A DNA stretch of 54,780 nucleotides from a virus (taxonomy: Duplodnaviria; Caudoviricetes): positions 1 through 54,780 of IMG/VR virus record IMGVR_UViG_3300027769_000037. The stretch is one strand, 5' to 3'. The translations under genes and the position numbers were made by a program. Below the pieces are notes generated by a model. It made no database searches and was not told the DNA's origin. It saw only the letters and a program-made list of their open reading frames with translations. This document shows, in pieces, positions 48,069-54,780 of this stretch; position 1 is the stretch's first letter; each line of letters begins with the position of its first letter.

Positions 48069-48097
48069 ATTGTACCAAATATGCGACAGGCACGCAA
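48069..48097 (-). promoter_or_regulatory. early promoter for VWA gene
   Basis: TTGCGT-N17-TACAAT (TGG ext.); ATG 9 nt downstream. Confidence 0.75.
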
Positions 48098-48116
48098 GAA
48101 CTAGGTATTCTATACT

Positions 48117-48141
48117 TAAGTCCTTATGGCACAAGCACTTA
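48117..48141. promoter_or_regulatory. palindrome TAAGTCCTT-N7-AAGCACTTA
   Basis: Copy 1 of 3. Confidence 0.8.
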
Positions 48142-48212
48142 CGCCCATAAGTCCGATAATCAAATGAATGTGGATAACTTGGGGAAAACCGGGATGCCTA
48201 ACACTATCATCA

Positions 48213-48237
48213 TAAGTCCTTGTGGGATAAGGACTTA
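48213..48237. promoter_or_regulatory. perfect palindrome TAAGTCCTT-N7-AAGGACTTA
   Basis: Copy 2 of 3. Confidence 0.85.
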
Positions 48238-48257
48238 AGATTCGTTTGGCGTAGGGC

Positions 48258-48285
48258 TTGCACAAAGCTGGGGATTTGGTACAAT
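48258..48285 (+). promoter_or_regulatory. early promoter for AAA gene
   Basis: TTGCAC-N16-TACAAT (TGG ext.). Confidence 0.75.
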
Positions 48286-48359
48286 GTGCATCTGGCGGGA
48301 GTTCCGCCACGGCGAGTCGTATGCCGCAATCGTTCGCAAGTGTTCGGAGTTTCAATCGT

Positions 48360-49592
48360 ATGTCTTCCATGTCTAACAAGCAGGCTTCTTTCATCAACGC
48401 TCTCGCTACCATCACCACTGTTTCGCCCGTGTCGCGTCAGGAGCTGCTCGCGGCGGCCAACAGCATCGGGCAGAAGTTCCCTCCGGCTTGGATTGTGAAG
48501 GATGCTTCGCGTCACGCTGGTCGTGGCAAGTTCCATGTCCCCGAGATTCAGGGCAAGACTGTTGCTGCTCCTGTTGCTGCACCCGCGCCGGTGGCAACTG
48601 TCATCGCATCTCCTGTTGTTTCGGCCAGCACGGTCACGCTGACCGGCACCAAGGGTGTCGCTGCTACGATTCTCGGCATGACGGGTGGTGATCGCGCAAC
48701 TCTCGTTCCGACCGTTGCGCCCACCTATGTCGCATGGGGTCACTACGGCGACATCGAGAAGATCATCAAGACGAAGCTCTTCGCGCCTATCTTCATCACG
48801 GGCATGTCGGGCAACGGCAAGACCACGATGGTCGAGCAGATTTGTGCGAAGCTCAACCGTGAGTGCTACCGCGTCAACATCACCGAGATGACTGACGAGG
48901 ACGATCTCCTCGGCGGTTTCCGTCTCATCGACGGCAACACCGTGTGGCAGGATGGTCCTGTTGTCAACTCCATGCTCAACGGCGGTGTGCTTCTTCTTGA
49001 TGAGGTCGACCTCGGCACCGAGAAGATCATGTGCCTTCAGTCTGTCCTTGAGGGCAAGGGCGTGTATCTCAAGAAGGTCAATCGCTGGATCACTCCGGCT
49101 GTTGGCTTCACGGTCGTTGCGACTGCCAACACCAAGGGCAAGGGTTCCGATGATGGTCGATTCGTCGGTACTCGCGTGATGAACGAGGCGTTCCTCGACC
49201 GTTTTGATTACACCTTTGAGCAGGAGTATGCTCCTCGCACGACCGAGAAGAAGATCATCACCAAGGCGATGCACAAGTTCGGTGCGGTCGATGACATCTT
49301 TGCCGATGCTCTGACGAAGTGGGCAGAGTCGGGTCGTGCAACTTTCCGCGAGGGTGGCATTGACGAGATCATTTCCACTCGTCGTCTCATCAACATCTGC
49401 AAGGCTTTTGCCGTGTTCGGTGACAAGACCAAGGCGGTCAAGATGTGCCTCACCAGGTTCGATGAGACGACGCAGAAGGCGTTCCTCGACTCCTTCGGCA
49501 AGTTCATGGCAGAGCCCGTTGCGACTCCCACCACCTCGGACACCGCTCCGAGCTCGGCCGACGGTGCCGACACGGAACCGTGCCCTTGGTGA
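48360..49592 (+). CDS. MoxR/CobS-like AAA+ ATPase
   Basis: GMSGNGKT, EDDLLGG, LLLDE, ATANTKG, NEAFLDRF, ISTRRL; GGAG SD before ATG 48360. Confidence 0.92.
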   Translation: MSSMSNKQASFINALATITTVSPVSRQELLAAANSIGQKFPPAWIVKDASRHAGRGKFHVPEIQGKTVAAPVAAPAPVATVIASPVVSASTVTLTGTKGVAATILGMTGGDRATLVPTVAPTYVAWGHYGDIEKIIKTKLFAPIFITGMSGNGKTTMVEQICAKLNRECYRVNITEMTDEDDLLGGFRLIDGNTVWQDGPVVNSMLNGGVLLLDEVDLGTEKIMCLQSVLEGKGVYLKKVNRWITPAVGFTVVATANTKGKGSDDGRFVGTRVMNEAFLDRFDYTFEQEYAPRTTEKKIITKAMHKFGAVDDIFADALTKWAESGRATFREGGIDEIISTRRLINICKAFAVFGDKTKAVKMCLTRFDETTQKAFLDSFGKFMAEPVATPTTSDTAPSSADGADTEPCPW

Positions 49593-49621
49593 TGCCTTTA
49601 GGCACACTGACGCCTTTCTCG

Positions 49622-49657
49622 ACCCGCCTGAATGAAAATTCATGCGGGTTTTTTCTT
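49622..49657 (+). terminator. intrinsic terminator
   Basis: ACCCGC(C)TGAAT-GAAA-ATTCA(T)GCGGGT followed by a T tract. Confidence 0.8.
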
Positions 49658-49665
49658 ATACACTA

Positions 49666-49693
49666 TTGACTATCATCATTTGTTTGATATAAT
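49666..49693 (+). promoter_or_regulatory. early promoter
   Basis: TTGACT-N16-TATAAT (TGA ext.). Confidence 0.75.
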
Positions 49694-49715
49694 GTTGACA
49701 TCGAAAGGAAAACAA

Positions 49716-49940
49716 ATGACTAGCACACTCACCCCTACTCCCGTTTCCCCGACCATCTCGCCTTCTATTATGCAACTCATCGAATCAGACCTGAGTTCAG
49801 GCAATCGCGTCACCGTGAAGGATCTTGCATCCAAGCACGGATACAAGGTCGCCGCGATGAGGCAGGCACTCGTGGCCATCTACGGCAATCGAATTCAATT
49901 CAAGCGTGGTCGGACTGGCGGCATTATGCTGGTGGCATGA
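49716..49940 (+). CDS. small winged-helix DNA-binding protein
   Basis: TVKDLASKHG...MRQAL...FKRGRTGG wing (Rrf2/CtsR-like RGxxGG); AAGGA SD. Confidence 0.6.
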   Translation: MTSTLTPTPVSPTISPSIMQLIESDLSSGNRVTVKDLASKHGYKVAAMRQALVAIYGNRIQFKRGRTGGIMLVA

Positions 49941-50054
49941 TGGTGGCATGATCTTTCGCATTGCCAAAGCGGACCTTTAACCCGCCAATTGGCATCAAGT
50001 TGGCATTGCCTAACGGCAGTGCCAAACTTTTCCAAAAATATTTCTGGATTGTCC

Positions 50055-50083
50055 TTGCGTCATTTTGACTCTTCTGGTACATT
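50055..50083 (+). promoter_or_regulatory. early leaderless promoter
   Basis: TTGCGT-N17-TACATT (TGG ext.); ATG at 50090 is 6 nt downstream. Confidence 0.7.
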
Positions 50084-50089
50084 GGTAAC

Positions 50090-51016
50090 ATGATGAGCAC
50101 TCTGCCTAATCCCATCAACATCATCGGTGGTCTTTCTAGTATCATGGCGATTTCAAAGGTCAGGACTCCTTTCCCGGATATCTCAAAGGAGGTCCGTGAC
50201 CTGGTGTATGAGATTCCGATGAATCTCTACATCAACTGCCCGTACAAAGCTTCATCCTCGTATTACTGGCGGCAGGCGCTCGCGCAGCTCGGTGCGAAGT
50301 TCAACGAAGCGACTGCGACTTGGGATCTCATCCTTGATCCGAACACCAATGATCCGGTTCTACTTGCTGATGTCATGCGTACCCTGTCGGAAAAGGGAGT
50401 GGTGAAGCAAGTCCTTCCTTGCACCACCAAGACGAGGTTTTCTGATTTTCACTACGATCCATCGGCGTGGTTCGGAATGGGTAAGGTTCTTCTCCGCACT
50501 TCCTATGCAGAGAAGGATGAACTCAAGGCGGCCATTCCGAGTGTAGTGTGGAACGATCTCACCAAGAGCTGGTCCGTCAACATTGATGTTGCAACAGCGA
50601 CTCGCGGCACCAATCGAGACATCATCGACCAGCGTGGGTGGTTCGATGGAGCGACTACTGTGATAAACGATCCCTCGGCTCTTCCGTGTCATGTGATGCC
50701 GCATTCGCAGGTCCAGAAGGCAGTTTCGTTTCATGGACTCTTTCACGCAGGTTACGGTTCTAGCGTGGTCATGTCTGTGCATCCGACCATGATCAGCAGT
50801 ACGCAGAAGGTGATCTACATCTCTTACCTTCGTAACGCGAACAACGGTCAAGCCGAACTCATTCAGTTCACGGGGGATCGCGGCCGCAAGATTTGGAATG
50901 GTCTTATCCGGTGCGGATTCGTGTCGGACCCCGATAGGACTTTCGTTCATGTGTCGGCACATAAGGGGGCACTTTCTAAGTATCACCACGAACCCAACAA
51001 CACCAAGGCATCATGA
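50090..51016 (+). CDS. protein with two DUF5710-like repeats
   Basis: YINCPY...LGAKFNEATATW and LRTSYAEKDELKA...WNDLTKSW. Confidence 0.55.
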   Translation: MMSTLPNPINIIGGLSSIMAISKVRTPFPDISKEVRDLVYEIPMNLYINCPYKASSSYYWRQALAQLGAKFNEATATWDLILDPNTNDPVLLADVMRTLSEKGVVKQVLPCTTKTRFSDFHYDPSAWFGMGKVLLRTSYAEKDELKAAIPSVVWNDLTKSWSVNIDVATATRGTNRDIIDQRGWFDGATTVINDPSALPCHVMPHSQVQKAVSFHGLFHAGYGSSVVMSVHPTMISSTQKVIYISYLRNANNGQAELIQFTGDRGRKIWNGLIRCGFVSDPDRTFVHVSAHKGALSKYHHEPNNTKAS

Positions 51017-51315
51017 GCAGAATCTCTTTCACAACATCTCATCTTCCGAAAGTCATGGATGGCAGTCTTTGGAGAGCTCAGGGGTCATTCACCTTTGAGA
51101 ATGGTTGGACGATTTCGATGGTGTATGGCAGTGCTCTCTACTGTTCCTGCACTAACTCTAAACACCCACTTGACTCATGTGAGGATGTAGAGGTTGCCAT
51201 CATAGACCCCAAAGGCAACTTCCACCCATTCCTCGCTGACGAGGTACGGGGTTATACGAACGCAAACGATCTGGCAAAGATCATCACCTGGGTTTCAGAA
51301 CAAAAGGCGGACTGA
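51013..51315 (+). CDS. conserved phage hypothetical protein
   Basis: FENGWTISMV.G..LYC...EVAII...VRGY pattern. Confidence 0.65.
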   Translation: MSRISFTTSHLPKVMDGSLWRAQGSFTFENGWTISMVYGSALYCSCTNSKHPLDSCEDVEVAIIDPKGNFHPFLADEVRGYTNANDLAKIITWVSEQKAD

Positions 51316-51316
51316 T

Positions 51317-51613
51317 ATGGACAGTTACATGAACAACGACGAAGACCCGATCAACAAGTTCCTCAACAACATCGAAGAGGATATGGCGAACTATCTCTCC
51401 ATGCGCCTCTCTCTTCTTATCGCAGAGGAGAAGCTCGAGAAGCTCATTCATGATGATCTCGCAGAGGTCCTCACGGATACCAACGGCAACTTCACCTATC
51501 GCATCACTCAGAAGGGACGCGATATGTTCGTGAATGTCTACGGGTACGCTCCCTGCGCAGACGACATCACTTTCCTTCAGTTCGCTCAGCTCAATTCCAA
51601 TCCCAACGCCTAA
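51317..51613 (+). CDS. hypothetical protein
   Basis: Tightly packed ORF with C-ending codon bias. Confidence 0.6.
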   Translation: MDSYMNNDEDPINKFLNNIEEDMANYLSMRLSLLIAEEKLEKLIHDDLAEVLTDTNGNFTYRITQKGRDMFVNVYGYAPCADDITFLQFAQLNSNPNA

Positions 51614-51626
51614 CCATAGGACGCAT

Positions 51627-51833
51627 ATGCCTCGTGATTTTGACAACGACGACGATTTCTACCCGCACACTCATCGGGAGATCGACATTGATGACGACGA
51701 GTTCAATGATGATGACCTCGACATCTTCGATGACGATGACAACACCGATGAGCTCTTCGATGAAGACGGCGATGTGAGTGACCGCGGATATGCGGTGCTC
51801 GCCGAGATGGATCGCAATGGCCTTTTCCTGTGA
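51627..51833 (+). CDS. highly acidic 68-aa protein
   Basis: AGGA SD, ATG at 51627; about 28 of 68 residues are D/E. Confidence 0.7.
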   Translation: MPRDFDNDDDFYPHTHREIDIDDDEFNDDDLDIFDDDDNTDELFDEDGDVSDRGYAVLAEMDRNGLFL

Positions 51834-52132
51834 GTTACACCATGACCACTACCATTCTTCGCATCAATCAGCAGCAGTTCTGCCATTGGATTGACTCCGA
51901 ACTCACGCCAACTCAGAAGGAGATGTACATTCTCCAGCCCCACTTCAGTCGAGCATTCCTGCGCAGTGTTGCCATCAAGAATGGCATGGCGTGGGCGCCT
52001 GCCTGGATCGTCAAGGACAAGTCTCGCGTTACAACTCGTGGCATCTATTCCGTTCCCGAATACTCGGCGTATGCTTCTCAATTCGTTGCATGCACCGCGA
52101 CCGCTACCCTGAACGGCAATAGCACCACTTAA
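51830..52132 (+). CDS. stand-alone homolog of the AAA ATPase N-terminal domain
   Basis: APAWIVKDKSR.TRGIYSVPE versus PPAWIVKDASR.GRGKFHVPE in the AAA protein. Confidence 0.7.
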   Translation: MSYTMTTTILRINQQQFCHWIDSELTPTQKEMYILQPHFSRAFLRSVAIKNGMAWAPAWIVKDKSRVTTRGIYSVPEYSAYASQFVACTATATLNGNSTT

Positions 52133-52182
52133 TCAGACCGGGGGCGGGGAATTGGCCCCGCCCCCTCACACAAAGGAACAAC

Positions 52183-52587
52183 ATGAAAGACAACAGCATC
52201 GAAGTGTTCATCAACGAAGAGTACGGATACCGCTATTGGAAGTGGATTCCGAACATGACCGAGCAAGAGTTTGTTGGGTGGTTCAAGGACCTCACCGACT
52301 CGGACATCATCAAGTTCTACTTCAACATCGAGTCCCTTCCGGGCAAGATCGTGCCGTGGAATGGAAAGAACCTCCATGAAGGCACTGCCACTCAGCGCGT
52401 TTACAATGATCCAAGGTCGTTTCGTCCCTACTACTACATGCATATGCATGATGTGACGGACACCATGATCAGCATTGGCGATGAGGTCTATCGTCGGCGG
52501 CCGTCGATGAAGTACGACTGGAAGGCACACTGGATCGACTACCAGATCGAACAGAACCGCGAATTCGGCGGAACCAGTTCCTATTGA
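52183..52587 (+). CDS. hypothetical protein
   Basis: AAGGA SD; aromatic-rich ORF. Confidence 0.65.
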   Translation: MKDNSIEVFINEEYGYRYWKWIPNMTEQEFVGWFKDLTDSDIIKFYFNIESLPGKIVPWNGKNLHEGTATQRVYNDPRSFRPYYYMHMHDVTDTMISIGDEVYRRRPSMKYDWKAHWIDYQIEQNREFGGTSSY

Positions 52588-52602
52588 CAATCTCCTCGGT
52601 GC

Positions 52603-52636
52603 AAAACGCTCTAGTGTAAAAACTAGAGCGTTTTTA
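52603..52636. terminator. bidirectional-type terminator
   Basis: AAAACGCTCTAGT-GTAAAA-ACTAGAGCGTTTT. Confidence 0.8.
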
Positions 52637-52680
52637 TAAAAAGGCATCACTATCATCGGGGATTCCCGAGAGATTTACCG

Positions 52681-52705
52681 TAAGTCCTTATGCCACAACG
52701 ACTTA
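52681..52705. promoter_or_regulatory. palindrome TAAGTCCTT-N7-AACGACTTA
   Basis: Copy 3 of 3, 6 nt upstream of a -35 box. Confidence 0.8.
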
Positions 52706-52711
52706 CAAAGC

Positions 52712-52739
52712 TTGACACGAATACCCCGGCTGGTACAAT
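52712..52739 (+). promoter_or_regulatory. early promoter for kinase-like gene
   Basis: TTGACA-N16-TACAAT (TGG ext.); ATG at 52749 is 9 nt downstream. Confidence 0.8.
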
Positions 52740-52748
52740 GTTCTCACT

Positions 52749-53663
52749 ATGGCAGCAAATGCTTACCCTCGTTTCCACGCTTCCCGCACCTACACGCACC
52801 CGGTGCTCGGTCGAGTCAAGGTCCTTGACTTTACCAACAAGAATCGGCAGAATCTGCCGGACGGGTCGGGAGCGCAGACTGACTTCTACCGCAACAATGC
52901 GCAGATCAACAATCCGAAGCAGTTCGGTATCAAGCTCTTCTCGACCAGCATCGAGGCGCTTGCCGCGTATCAGCGTCAGCGCCTCGCAGCGCGCAAGCGC
53001 CTTGCTCCCCCGGTTGGTAGCATCATTCAATGGAAGATCGGCCGCTGGTCGCGGTGGGGATACGAGACTTGCATCGCTGATACGAGCGGCAACGCTTCGA
53101 CCGTCGCTCTCATCAAGGCGAACAAGCGCGTCAAGGCGATCTACAACGCATGGGCAAATTGGGCTGCGGTTGATCCGAAGGATTACGCGGGTAACATCTC
53201 GCGCTTTCAGAAGGATACCGACCCTGATCTGATCTATGTCCGCGACGAGCTGGGCAACTGCGCGATCAAGGACTACAATCCCGTTCTGCGTGATGGTCGT
53301 GATCTTCTCACGGACGGTCGGGTTCGTTTCGACCCACGCAACAACCGCTATGTCATCAAGTGGGACATCTCTTGGTACTCGCTCGATGATCGGCACTCTA
53401 CTCTGCTGCATCGTCTCAAGGATGTCGACCTCACCGGGACGCAGTACGACAATCTGTGGGATCTGCACGACGACGGCTGCAACTCGTTTGCTCCCGATCC
53501 TCGACTCTTCCTCGGAAGCAAGTGGGATTCGACTGATGAGGCATCACTCGGAGGTGATCTTCACGGTGGTAACATCGCACTCTGGCGCGGACGGCCGGTG
53601 TGCATCGACTTCGGGTTTCATTGCGTCCGTAGCACCGCGACCGATTGGGACAACCTTGCATGA
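52749..53663 (+). CDS. protein-kinase-like fold enzyme
   Basis: GSG, IKLF, LAPPV, catalytic DLHGGN and CIDFG. Confidence 0.7.
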   Translation: MAANAYPRFHASRTYTHPVLGRVKVLDFTNKNRQNLPDGSGAQTDFYRNNAQINNPKQFGIKLFSTSIEALAAYQRQRLAARKRLAPPVGSIIQWKIGRWSRWGYETCIADTSGNASTVALIKANKRVKAIYNAWANWAAVDPKDYAGNISRFQKDTDPDLIYVRDELGNCAIKDYNPVLRDGRDLLTDGRVRFDPRNNRYVIKWDISWYSLDDRHSTLLHRLKDVDLTGTQYDNLWDLHDDGCNSFAPDPRLFLGSKWDSTDEASLGGDLHGGNIALWRGRPVCIDFGFHCVRSTATDWDNLA

Positions 53664-53824
53664 GTAACTTTCACGGCAACATCGACCTGGAACGCATGGC
53701 AAACGATGCCATGCAGAACGACTTTCCCGACCACTTCTCATCACGCGAGGAGTGGGAGGCATACAACGAAGAGCAAGACCGGCGTGATCGCAACAAGGAT
53801 GCCTACGGCATCAAGGACATCTGA
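53660..53824 (+). CDS. small hypothetical protein (54 aa, not in ORF track)
   Basis: MSNFHGNIDLERMANDAMQNDFPDHFSSREEWEAYNEEQDRRDRNKDAYGIKDI; ATGA-coupled to the kinase. Confidence 0.65.
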   Translation: MSNFHGNIDLERMANDAMQNDFPDHFSSREEWEAYNEEQDRRDRNKDAYGIKDI

Positions 53825-54086
53825 ACATGAGCAACAGCAAGAACAACGGCAAGAACTTCGTCACGGTCGTCGTCCTCAATGACGGCGAAACCTTCACCGA
53901 CATCAGCGGATGCAGCATCTGCATCGTGCCGCTTGAGCAGTACGAAGAGGCTATTCGCAACGGCGGCGATGCCCGTGACTTCAAGCCGGTCGTGGAGATC
54001 TCCCTCGACAACATGACTCCGCCGATGGATTACGAAGACCACATCGCTTTCGAGAACAACAACGAGGACATCTGAACATGAGCAAC
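53814..54086. repeat. 22-bp direct repeat AGGACATCTGAACATGAGCAAC at two gene junctions
   Basis: Identical at 53814-53835 and 54065-54086. Confidence 0.9.
53827..54075 (+). CDS. small acidic hypothetical protein
   Basis: AGGA SD; VVLNDGETF motif. Confidence 0.65.
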   Translation: MSNSKNNGKNFVTVVVLNDGETFTDISGCSICIVPLEQYEEAIRNGGDARDFKPVVEISLDNMTPPMDYEDHIAFENNNEDI

Positions 54087-54554
54087 GACATGAACAACAT
54101 CAACGACAACAACTCTCCGTGCGTGACGACCGAAGACAAGGCATCTCTTGATGCGGCACTCGATGCCGTCATCATCGAACGCGATGAGCTGCTCAAGGAG
54201 GTCAAAGACTTGACCGAGCGCCATGCCCACATGAGCAACATCGCCCTCGGCGCACGCGCCGATGTTCACCAAACCCGCCGCGATCTAGACAAGGCGTTCA
54301 AGGAGGCCGATCAATTCAAGGCGAAGGCCGAAGAGTGGCGTGAGATTGCAAAGGCGCAGTCTCGCCGTGCCACCTGCGAGATCGACCAGCTTCGTGCGCG
54401 TAATCGGGCGCTTGAGATCGCTGTTGTGCAGCTGACGCTCAAGCTCTCTGCGCATGAGCACATTCGGGATCAGGAAGAGAAGATTCGGGACATCGAAGCG
54501 GCTGGTGCGGATGTCGGCAACGACGATTGGCATGAGGACGCCACGCCCTTCTAA
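54078..54554 (+). CDS. coiled-coil hypothetical protein
   Basis: Heptad-rich; AGGA SD. Confidence 0.65.
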   Translation: MSNDMNNINDNNSPCVTTEDKASLDAALDAVIIERDELLKEVKDLTERHAHMSNIALGARADVHQTRRDLDKAFKEADQFKAKAEEWREIAKAQSRRATCEIDQLRARNRALEIAVVQLTLKLSAHEHIRDQEEKIRDIEAAGADVGNDDWHEDATPF

Positions 54555-54582
54555 ATACAACAGCACAACCCAGTCAGACGCG

Positions 54583-54613
54583 AGAACCCCTGTGGAAACA
54601 CGGGGGTTTCTTT
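54583..54613 (+). terminator. intrinsic terminator
   Basis: AACCCCTGTG-GAAA-CACGGGGGTT followed by TCTTTGTTT. Confidence 0.8.
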
Positions 54614-54780
54614 GTTTCTATGGCTCATTGGCAGTCACACGAATGAACCCGTCACAGCACACTCATTTGTGTGACATGGGGCCCCCGGTGTGGGTGTCGC
54701 TAGCGCAAAATATTCCCAGCTCGGCAAAGCCCTCAGAAGTCGGCAAAGAAATCTCAAGGATACCCCCCCCCGCCCCAAGG

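Noticed and set aside
48360-49592. Cobalamin biosynthesis (cobS/cobT) auxiliary metabolic genes
   Set aside because: Phage MoxR-AAA/VWA pairs are often labelled CobS/CobT, but no cobN or other cob genes are present; a chaperone-like role is more likely.
49930-50010. sigma54 promoter
   Set aside because: TGGCA boxes lack a properly placed TTGC -12 element, and a good sigma70-type promoter lies downstream.
1-54780. Alternative genetic code (stop-codon reassignment)
   Set aside because: Conserved genes are full length in code 11, all three stops are used, and no suppressor tRNA is present.
54760-54780. Genome terminus at the poly-C run
   Set aside because: Cannot be judged at the window edge without reads.

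Overview
The window is a segment of a large T4-like (myovirus-type) phage genome with three zones. (1) 0.4-23 kb, + strand, AT-rich: nucleotide-metabolism and replication module (dUTPase, DNA methyltransferase, gp43 DNA polymerase, UvsX, gp41 helicase, gp61 primase, ThyX, class II RNR, RuvC-like resolvase). The gp43 gene is split into two genes about 3.4 kb apart. The gap holds a SPOUT RNA methyltransferase, six tRNAs, an HNH endonuclease with a translation-control hairpin, a 2OG-Fe(II) oxygenase and a metallophosphoesterase. (2) 23-45 kb, mostly - strand, AT-rich: a holin/overlapping-spanin cassette and a long array of basic proteins with T4-internal-protein-like N-termini and repeated (L/I)xE motifs. 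These are probably capsid-packaged, protease-processed proteins carrying nuclease, HicA-like, HAD, GNAT-like, peptidase and lysozyme domains. One gene there is broken by a -1 frameshift on an A10 tract. (3) 45.8-54.8 kb: abruptly GC-rich (about 55-60% by eye, versus about 30%) early-type genes (divergent VWA/MoxR-AAA pair, kinase-like, acidic and wHTH proteins), with repeated operator-like palindromes. The same sigma70-like promoter design (mostly 16-bp spacer, extended -10, often leaderless) occurs in both the AT-rich and GC-rich zones, which argues for one genome with two codon dialects. A cohesin/dockerin gene of Phycisphaerae style hints at a GC-rich Planctomycetota host (inference). All family calls come from motif recognition by eye; no database searches were run.
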